A DNA stretch of 64,000 nt from Vicinamibacteria bacterium (GTDB lineage Bacteria; Acidobacteriota; Vicinamibacteria; Marinacidobacterales; Marinacidobacteraceae): the NCBI GenBank assembly GCA_964291235.2, contig OZ219815.1, positions 640,001-704,000 of the forward strand, in the 5' to 3' direction. A program made the translations under genes and the position numbers. Each line of letters opens with the position of its first letter. Positions within the stretch are counted from its first letter, which is position 1. The notes under the pieces were generated by a model. That model saw nothing but the letters and a program-made list of their open reading frames with translations, did not search any database and had not been told where the DNA came from. This document shows, one piece after another, positions 57,100 through 64,000 of this stretch.

Positions 57100-58104
57100 T
57101 CAGATTGTCTCGAAATCCCGAAACGTGCGGAGATCCCGGAAAATCCCTTCGAAAGTCGGGATATCCACGGTCTGGCGCGGATCCGTATAGGCCGTATCGG
57201 GATGCGTATGCACGGCGATGGCGATTCCGGAGGCGCCGGCTGCCAGAGCCGCGCGGGCCAGCGGTCGAACCCGGTCCCGCTCGGCAACCGCATGCGAGGG
57301 ATCCACCAGGACGGGCAGGTGCGAGGTACGCCGCACGACCGGCACGGCGTGGAGGTCGAGCAGCGTGCGCCGTTGGCCGCCGGTCCGGATTCCCCGCTCG
57401 CACAGGATCACATCGGTCTTCTTCCGCGCCAGCAGGGACTCCGCAGCCAGCAGCCATTCCTCGACGCTCGCCGATGGCGCGCGCTCGAGAATGACCGGTT
57501 TCTGCAGACGGGAGGCCACTTCGAGAAGCGGTTCGTTCTCCATGTGGCGGGCAGCGATCTGGACACCGTCCACGCGTTCGGCCACCTGCTCGGCAGAGCG
57601 CGGATCGATGATTTCGGTGATTATCGGAAGACCTGTCTCTTCGCGCACCCGCTCAAGGGTATGCAACCCCTCATCGCCAACCCCGCCAAAGTGGTAGGGA
57701 CCGACCCGCTCGGCCCACAGACGCGCGCGGAACGCGTGGGCGCCGGCGGCCTTCACCGCGCGGGCGATCTTCACGGTGCGGGCCTCGGTCTCGACGCTGC
57801 AGGGTCCGGCAATCACCACCGGGTCGGGGCCGCCCACCGTCACGCCGGCAACTTCCACGAGGCTGTCCGCCGGATGAACTTCGCGGCTGACCAGCTTGAA
57901 CGGCTTGGTGACCGGGATGCACTGCGCCACGCCCGGGAGCCGGATCAGGAACGAGGGGTCCACCGGACCCCGGTTGCCGGTAACGCAGATGGCGGTCCGG
58001 CCAGCGCCGGGGACCCGGAGCGGTGTGAAGCCCATGTCCCGGATTGCGGTCTCCACCCGCCGGCACTGCTCCTCGGTGGGGCCCGTCCCCATGATGACCA
58101 GCAT
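57100..58104 (-). CDS. DAHP synthase (class I-beta, N-terminal ACT-like domain) homologue with degenerate active site
   Basis: KPFKLVSRE, IAGPCSVE, CERGIRT, VDPSH conserved; KPRT replaced by AERV, LKRG by LERA, EVH by AVH. Confidence 0.85.
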   Translation of the reverse strand: MLVIMGTGPTEEQCRRVETAIRDMGFTPLRVPGAGRTAICVTGNRGPVDPSFLIRLPGVAQCIPVTKPFKLVSREVHPADSLVEVAGVTVGGPDPVVIAGPCSVETEARTVKIARAVKAAGAHAFRARLWAERVGPYHFGGVGDEGLHTLERVREETGLPIITEIIDPRSAEQVAERVDGVQIAARHMENEPLLEVASRLQKPVILERAPSASVEEWLLAAESLLARKKTDVILCERGIRTGGQRRTLLDLHAVPVVRRTSHLPVLVDPSHAVAERDRVRPLARAALAAGASGIAIAVHTHPDTAYTDPRQTVDIPTFEGIFRDLRTFRDFETI

Positions 58105-58117
58105 CGTTTTCTTTCCC

Positions 58118-58915
58118 CTAGTTGCCCGCGGTGAGTTCGCGCACGGCGGAACGGTAGCCGGCGAGCAGCCGATCCGCGTCGGCCGGGGTGCGGTACAGAT
58201 GCTCGACGACCCGCACCAGATGGCTGCCGACGACCGCGATGCGGGCGCCGGCCCCGAAAGCGCGCACGATCTGCGCGCGTTCGGACAGCCCGAATCCCAC
58301 GCAGATGGGAACCTCCACCATGTCTGCCACTTCCGAAACCCGGTGCAGCATCGCGTCAAAGCCGCCGCGGCGCACGCCGGTCACGCCCTGAAAGCCGGCG
58401 AGGTACACAAACGACGAAACCTTTGCGAGCCGCTGAAGGCGTCCCTCCGGAGTCAACGGGCCAGCCAGCTCCACATGGCCGAGGCCGGCGCCGCGGCAGG
58501 CGCGCCGTAGCGGCGCCGACTCCTCGAGCGGGATATCCGTGACCAGGAGCGTGGAAGCTCCCGAATCGGCGGCCTGACCGGCGAAGCGCTGGTAGCCGAT
58601 CCGGTGCACCAGGTTCCCGTACACCAGCAGGTTCAGCGGGATCCCCGGGCAGGCATCGGCAATCCTTCCCAACAGAGCGAAGGCCGCGCGGGTTGAGGTC
58701 CCGCCCGCCAGGGCCCGCTGTACCGCCGCCTGGATTGCCGGACCGTCGGCTACCGGATCGCTGAAGGGGAACTCAACCTCGAGTGCGGGCGCACCCGCGT
58801 CCACCGCGGCGCGGGCCAGCGCGACCGTCAGCTCCGGAGTCGGATCTCCCAGAACCAGACACGGTGAAACCGCGGGGCCGCGCCGAAGCGCGGCACGGAG
58901 CGCCGACAGGCTCAT
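58118..58915 (-). CDS. trpA: Tryptophan synthase alpha chain
   Basis: [29 protein letters not shown]. Confidence 0.94.
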   Translation of the reverse strand: MSLSALRAALRRGPAVSPCLVLGDPTPELTVALARAAVDAGAPALEVEFPFSDPVADGPAIQAAVQRALAGGTSTRAAFALLGRIADACPGIPLNLLVYGNLVHRIGYQRFAGQAADSGASTLLVTDIPLEESAPLRRACRGAGLGHVELAGPLTPEGRLQRLAKVSSFVYLAGFQGVTGVRRGGFDAMLHRVSEVADMVEVPICVGFGLSERAQIVRAFGAGARIAVVGSHLVRVVEHLYRTPADADRLLAGYRSAVRELTAGN

Positions 58916-60123
58916 CGCGCTTCCGGCTCGGTCAACCGGCCCAGCGCGAAGTAGGTCTCGAGATCCTTGTCGCCCCGCCCGCACAGGTTCAGGAGGACTC
59001 GCGCCCCTTCGGGAATCTCCCCCGACTGCCGGGCGCGAAGGACGAAAGCCAGCGCATGGGAGGGTTCGAAGGCGGGCACGATCCCCTCGGTCGCTGACAG
59101 GATCTCGAAGGCGGCCAGCGCTTCGTCATCGGTGGCCGCGACATAGGCAGCCCGCCCGATCTCCTGAAGGTGCGCGTGCTCGGGGCCCACTCCGGGATAG
59201 TCGAGCCCTGCCGAAATGCTGTGCGGTTCGAGGATCTGCCCCTCGTCATCCTGCAGCACCATGGTGCGGGCCCCGTGGAGGAGGCCGGGGGTACCGCGGA
59301 CCAGGGTTGCACCGTGGCGTCCGCTCTCCAGACCCGCCCCGCCCGGTTCGACCCCGACGAGCCGCACCGATGCTTCCGGCACGAACGCGTGGAAGATGCC
59401 GATCGCGTTGCTTCCTCCTCCCACGCAAGCCACCACCACGTCGGGAAGCCCGCCGAGTTCCAGCCGCCACTGCCGTTTGGCCTCGCGGCCGATGACCGCC
59501 TGGAAGTCCCGCACGAGGCGCGGAAAAGGATGGGGACCCGCGGCGGTCCCGAGCAGGTAGTGGGTCGTTGCCAGGCTTGCGGTCCAGTCGCGAAGCGCCT
59601 CGTTGATCGCATCCTTCAGCGTCCGGGCGCCAGCCGTGACCGGCACCACCTCAGCGCCGCACAACTGCATCCGCTTCACGTTCGGGGCCTGGCGTTCCAT
59701 GTCTTTTTGCCCCATATAGATCACCGCCTGCATTCCGAACCGGGCGGCGATCATCGCCGTCGCGGTCCCGTGCTGGCCGGCGCCGGTCTCCGCAATCAGC
59801 CGCTTCTTCCCCATATGCCGGGCCAGGAGGGCCTGTCCCAGCACGTTGTTCGCCTTGTGCGCGCCGCCGTGGAGGAGATCCTCGCGCTTGAAGACCGTTT
59901 CCAGTCCGGCCCGCTCCGAAAAGCGGGGAGCCCGGGTGAGCGGCGTCGGGCGTCCCACCCACGCCTTCGCTTCGCGGTCCAGTTCGCTGCGAAACGCCGC
60001 ACCTGGCACGATCTCCTTGCGCGCCGCTTCCAGTTCCTCGAGTGCCGGGGTGAGGAGTTCGGGAGCGAACCGCCCTCCGAAGGAACCGAACGCGCCTTGC
60101 CGGGGCCGAAGTCCCCGTTTCAT
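58912..60123 (-). CDS. trpB: Tryptophan synthase beta chain
   Basis: [43 protein letters not shown]. Confidence 0.97.
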   Translation of the reverse strand: MKRGLRPRQGAFGSFGGRFAPELLTPALEELEAARKEIVPGAAFRSELDREAKAWVGRPTPLTRAPRFSERAGLETVFKREDLLHGGAHKANNVLGQALLARHMGKKRLIAETGAGQHGTATAMIAARFGMQAVIYMGQKDMERQAPNVKRMQLCGAEVVPVTAGARTLKDAINEALRDWTASLATTHYLLGTAAGPHPFPRLVRDFQAVIGREAKRQWRLELGGLPDVVVACVGGGSNAIGIFHAFVPEASVRLVGVEPGGAGLESGRHGATLVRGTPGLLHGARTMVLQDDEGQILEPHSISAGLDYPGVGPEHAHLQEIGRAAYVAATDDEALAAFEILSATEGIVPAFEPSHALAFVLRARQSGEIPEGARVLLNLCGRGDKDLETYFALGRLTEPEAR

Positions 60124-60743
60124 GGGACGAATTCCGGCTGCAACCGGTCGAAAAAGAGCCGCAACCGATCCGGGTCCTTGACCCCGGGAGCGGATTCGAC
60201 GCCGCTTGAAACGTCCACGCCCCAAGGCTGGAAGGGAAGGAGGCCACCGACGTTTTCGGGCTTCAAGCCTCCCGCGATGAACGCCCTCCCGGGGGCCCGC
60301 TCCCCAAGAATCCGCCAGTCAAAGACGCGGCCGCTGCCGCCGCCCCCCACATCGAACACGAGCGGTCCGTCATCCGGCTCGGGAGGAGCGAAGGCCGGCA
60401 GTCGGTCCGCCGCCTCCGGCACCGTCACCACCCGATGGACGATCAACCCGGCCTCCCGAAGCGACCGGACTCCGGCATCCGACAACCCGTGGGGCTGGAC
60501 GCGCTCGATCCCGAGCGCGACGGCGTCGGAAGCCACCTCGTCGCGGGTGCGCCTTCCGGTCGCGAGCACGGGACGGATTCCGGGGTTTACCTCCCGGGCG
60601 GCGGCGATGACCTCACGGGCTTCGGGAAGCGTTGCCGATCGGGGAGAGTCCGGCGCCCGGACAATGCCGATCCATTGAGCCCCCAGCCGGACGGCGAGCC
60701 GCGCGTCTTCCGGTCTCCGGAGACCGCAGATCTTGATCTCCAC
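60120..60743 (-). CDS. trpF: Phosphoribosylanthranilate isomerase
   Basis: [32 protein letters not shown]. Confidence 0.94.
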   Translation of the reverse strand: MEIKICGLRRPEDARLAVRLGAQWIGIVRAPDSPRSATLPEAREVIAAAREVNPGIRPVLATGRRTRDEVASDAVALGIERVQPHGLSDAGVRSLREAGLIVHRVVTVPEAADRLPAFAPPEPDDGPLVFDVGGGGSGRVFDWRILGERAPGRAFIAGGLKPENVGGLLPFQPWGVDVSSGVESAPGVKDPDRLRLFFDRLQPEFVP

Positions 60744-60773
60744 CGTGATCTCCCCGCCGTCGGCCCGGACCCC

Positions 60774-61550
60774 TCAGACGCTGGCCAGTGCCGGTTCGGT
60801 GGCAGTCCGGAGGAACGCCGAGGGATCCGGGGCGCGCATCAGCGCGGTTCCGATCAGGACGGCATCCGCCCGTCCCCGCAGTTCGCCGAGATGCGCCGGC
60901 TCAAGGTACCCGCTTTCCGCCACCGCTATCCGCGCGGAGGGAACCCGCGGCAGCAGCGCCGCGGCACGCCGGCGGTCGGTCTCCAGGGTGTCGAGATCCC
61001 GGTTGTTGATCCCGACGATCGCCTCCGGAAGCGCCAGCGCCCGGTCAAGCTCCGCCGCGTCATGGACCTCGACGAGCACGTCGAGTCCCAGGGATCGGGC
61101 CTCTCCGTAAAGAAGCTGAAGGCGGGCCTCATCGAGGCAGCGCACGATGAGCAGGACGGCGGAAGCCCCCGCGGCCCAACCGGCCCGGACCTGCACCGGA
61201 TCCACAACGAAGTCCTTCATCAGGATGGGCAGCGAGGAAGCAACCGAGGCGGCCTGCAGGTCCTCGAGGCAACCCCCGAAGGCGTCCGGGTCGGTCAGTA
61301 CGGAAACGGCAGATGCGCCAGCTTTCCGATAGGCCACGGCGCGGGCCGCCGGATCGTCGTCGCGAATGGCGCCGGCGCTCGGGCTCTTCCGCTTGAACTC
61401 GGCGATCACCGACAGGCGGGTGCGTCCGCCGATCGCGTTCTTGAAAGAAGGTGGCTCCCGCTCCGGCATTCCGGGCGGCGGAGCGGCCGCCAGGCGCTCC
61501 GCTCTCGCTTCGGCGCCCCGGATCAGTCGGGCCAGCACCCGGTTGGTCAC
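60774..61550 (-). CDS. trpC: Indole-3-glycerol phosphate synthase
   Basis: VIAEFKRKSPS, SVLTD, LMKDF, LVEVH, GINNRDL, AESG. Confidence 0.95.
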   Translation of the reverse strand: MTNRVLARLIRGAEARAERLAAAPPPGMPEREPPSFKNAIGGRTRLSVIAEFKRKSPSAGAIRDDDPAARAVAYRKAGASAVSVLTDPDAFGGCLEDLQAASVASSLPILMKDFVVDPVQVRAGWAAGASAVLLIVRCLDEARLQLLYGEARSLGLDVLVEVHDAAELDRALALPEAIVGINNRDLDTLETDRRRAAALLPRVPSARIAVAESGYLEPAHLGELRGRADAVLIGTALMRAPDPSAFLRTATEPALASV

Positions 61551-62578
61551 GCCGGGACCATGCCCGTCATGCGCATGCTCGTTTCGACGTAACGCTCCAG
61601 GGTCCGCAAGGCGCGGCCGGATGCCAGGGTTTCCAGCGCGCTCCGTACTCCCGCCTGGAGGTCCGGCGCGAGGCCCGCCACGGTGAGTGCGGCTCCCGCG
61701 TTCGCGGCCACCACGTCCCGTCTCGGCCCCTGATCCTTCCCGGAGAGCACTCCCCTGAGGATTTCGGCGTTCTCGGCGGTTCCGCCGCCCCGGAGTTCGT
61801 CGATCGGCGCGCTCTGCAGTCCGAGCTCCGAGACCTGAATCTCCACCGGGCGGACCTCCCCGTCGCTCAGCGCATGCCCCTTGGTGGTGGCGTGCAGCCC
61901 GATTTCGTCAAGGCCGTCGCAGTGCACCACGAGCGCCGAAGCCGAGCCCAGTTCGGCGAGCGCTCCGGCCACCGTCTCGGTCAATGCCGGGTCGTAAACG
62001 CCGATCAACTGGCGCTCCGCGAGGGCCGGATTCGCCAGCGGCCCGAGGACGTTGAAAAGCGTGCGGATGCCGAGAGCGCGGCGGGCGGGTCCGACGTGCG
62101 CCATCGCCGGGTGGAAGGCCGGGGCAAAGAGGAAGACGAAACCCGTGGAGTCGAGAATGCGGGATGCCTGCCCCGGCTCGAGGTGGAGAGGCGCTCCGCA
62201 CGCCTCCAGGACGTCGGCGCTACCGGTGATCGAGGACACGCTTCGATTCCCGTGCTTGGCGACGGCGCCGCCGGCAGCCGCCACGACCAAAGCCGAAGCC
62301 GTCGAGATGTTGAACGTGCCGCTCTTGTCACCGCCGGTTCCGCAGGTGTCCACCAGTGGCCGGACCTGTGACATCACGGCCTTGCGGTGGTTCCGGAGCG
62401 CCCGGGCGCAAGCGGCAAGGGTGGCCGCGTCGGGCTCGCTGACCCGAAGCGCGACGAGGAGTCCCGCCGTCTGGGCCACATCGCTCTCGCCGGAGAGGAT
62501 TCGATGGAGGGCAGCCTCCAGCGCGCCGGATTCGGCAGATTCGCCAGAAAGGAGAGTTTCGAGAAGTGGGGCGATCAA
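61547..62578 (-). CDS. trpD: Anthranilate phosphoribosyltransferase
   Basis: DTCGTGGD...FNIST, KHGNRSVSS, GPLANP, GLDEI; AAGGAG RBS before TTG 62578. Confidence 0.95.
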   Translation of the reverse strand: MIAPLLETLLSGESAESGALEAALHRILSGESDVAQTAGLLVALRVSEPDAATLAACARALRNHRKAVMSQVRPLVDTCGTGGDKSGTFNISTASALVVAAAGGAVAKHGNRSVSSITGSADVLEACGAPLHLEPGQASRILDSTGFVFLFAPAFHPAMAHVGPARRALGIRTLFNVLGPLANPALAERQLIGVYDPALTETVAGALAELGSASALVVHCDGLDEIGLHATTKGHALSDGEVRPVEIQVSELGLQSAPIDELRGGGTAENAEILRGVLSGKDQGPRRDVVAANAGAALTVAGLAPDLQAGVRSALETLASGRALRTLERYVETSMRMTGMVPA

Positions 62579-62716
62579 GGGTATTGGCTCCTTGGGTGGT
62601 GGGTGACGGTCACTGCGTCCCGAACCGGGAACCTCAGAGCCTTGGCGGGCGCTTTTGGGGCGCCCTCTCGCGCCGTCGTCCAGAGACGTCCCGGGTCGGG
62701 CCGCCTCCCGCCGCAA

Positions 62717-62821
62717 TCAGTGGATCAAACGGACGCGAGACGAGCCCGGCCTAAAGCAAAATCGCCATCGCCACAGCCATTGCCGTGACGGACGCGACCG
62801 GGTTGCCTCGCTGAGGGTCAT
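62717..62821 (-). CDS. trpL: Putative trp operon leader peptide (34 aa)
   Basis: MTLSEATRSRPSRQWLWRWRFCFRPGSSRVRLIH*: three Trp codons within five residues, stop ~140 nt upstream of trpD; TACAAT box at 62831-62836. Confidence 0.65.
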   Translation of the reverse strand: MTLSEATRSRPSRQWLWRWRFCFRPGSSRVRLIH

Positions 62822-62926
62822 GGGGCCGGCATTGTAGCGAAGCAATCTCCCGAGCGGAATCGCAACCCCCGGCCGCTCCGGGCGGGATCCTGGCCAGACG
62901 CGCTGACCGCACCCCCACGCGGTTTG

Positions 62927-62970
62927 GCAGCCTGTGGCAAAACCCACGCGGGTTTCCCCACCGGCCGTTA
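62927..62970. repeat. Minimal, degenerate family A hairpin
   Basis: GCAGCCTGTGGCAAAACCC...GGGTTTCCCCACCGGCCGTTA. Confidence 0.55.
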
Positions 62971-63017
62971 CGGCGGCGCGCGCCGGTGGCCGCCGGAGGG
63001 AGGCGTAGAATCGGATC

Positions 63018-64000
63018 ATGGTCGGTACAGCGGGAACATTCGGAAAAAAGGGCGGGGTCGCGCTGGCGATCCTGGTCGCGGGAGTCACGGGCGGCTGCAA
63101 CGGTTCGGAACCGACAGCCGCGCCCGGTCTCGACGTCGTGGAACTCGACATCGCCGGAATCCACCGCGGCCTCCAGGACGGAGAGTTCACCTGTACCGAG
63201 TTGGTGGAGGCCTACCTCGCCCGCATCGAGGCCTACGACCGGCAGGGGCCGGCCCTCCACGCAATCGTGATGGTCAACCCCGAAGCCGTAGCGCGCGCCC
63301 GGGAAGCCGACGAACGCCTCGCGGCTGCCGGGTTCAGCCCGGAGCGGCCCCTCGAGTGCGTGCCGATGATCGTCAAGGACAACTACGACACCGCGGACCT
63401 GCCCACGACCGCGGGGTCGGCGTCGCTCCAGGACTCGCTGCCCCCCGACGACGCCTTTCAGGTGCGGAAGATCCGGGAGGCGGGCGCCATCGTCCTCGCG
63501 AAGTCGAACATGGCCGAGTTTGCCTTCAGTCCCTATGAAAGCCTCGGCTCCGTGGTCCCCGGTCACACCCGCAATCCCTACGACCCCTACCGCGTTCCCG
63601 CCGGCTCTTCCGGCGGAACCGGCGCCGCGGTGGCCGCGAGCTTCGGCGCCGCCGGGCTGGGTACCGACACCGGCAACTCCATCCGCGGGCCTTCTTCCCA
63701 CAACGCGCTCTTCGGGATCCGGTCCACGATGGGGCTCACCAGCCGTGATGGGATCGTTCCCCTGAATCTGTTCCGGGACGTTGGCGGCCCGATGGCGCGC
63801 ACCGTCGAGGACGGAGTGCGGGTGTTCGACGTGCTGGCGGGGCCGGATCCGGCGGACCCGGCGACCGCCGGATTCGAACGCGAGGCCGACTATCTGCAAT
63901 ATCTCGACGCCGGCCCGCTGACCGATGTCCGCATCGGCGTAGTCCGCCAGCTCAGCGACACCGATACCGCCGACGCCGAAATCGGGGCACTCTTCGAGGC
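63018..64000 (+). CDS. Amidase-signature family protein, probable lipoprotein (runs off the window edge)
   Basis: Manual translation: [40 protein letters not shown]. Confidence 0.92.
   Translation, partial: MVGTAGTFGKKGGVALAILVAGVTGGCNGSEPTAAPGLDVVELDIAGIHRGLQDGEFTCTELVEAYLARIEAYDRQGPALHAIVMVNPEAVARAREADERLAAAGFSPERPLECVPMIVKDNYDTADLPTTAGSASLQDSLPPDDAFQVRKIREAGAIVLAKSNMAEFAFSPYESLGSVVPGHTRNPYDPYRVPAGSSGGTGAAVAASFGAAGLGTDTGNSIRGPSSHNALFGIRSTMGLTSRDGIVPLNLFRDVGGPMARTVEDGVRVFDVLAGPDPADPATAGFEREADYLQYLDAGPLTDVRIGVVRQLSDTDTADAEIGALFE

Overview
GC-rich bacterial chromosome segment, probably from an Acidobacteriota genome (inferred from the acidobacterial-type VWA protein, the Rieske/cytb cluster with a multiheme cytochrome c, and the many secreted peptidases). 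It is mostly core metabolism: an osmoprotectant ABC transporter with rpiA, GH20, a GT4 pair, pta, rpsU, purD-purE, a TonB-dependent receptor, rlmN, purB-S-Q-L-F, ggt, several peptidases, a YpdA-like reductase next to an iodotyrosine-deiodinase-like flavoprotein, rpoZ, a ~11 kb respiratory cluster (HEAT protein, Rieske, split b6-type cytochrome b, octaheme cytochrome c, CoxMNOP-like A1 oxidase) and trpDCFBA. No tRNA, rRNA, CRISPR array or transposase was recognised. Main observations: (1) a DAHP-synthase homologue at the end of the trp operon has lost its catalytic and metal-binding residues (candidate pseudoenzyme); (2) an unannotated Trp-rich leader peptide precedes trpD but has no classical terminator; (3) tandem NrdR-box-like operators sit in front of the MBL-hydrolase/pur operon; (4) an octaheme, coiled-coil-stalked Rieske/cytb complex is encoded with the oxidase, and an amicyanin-like lipoprotein lies nearby; (5) an IYD/YpdA gene pair may include the missing IYD reductase; (6) rlmN has a one-base frameshift; (7) there are several dispersed MITE/REP families, some sitting exactly at stop codons. 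All functional calls rest on motif recognition by eye, with no database searches.
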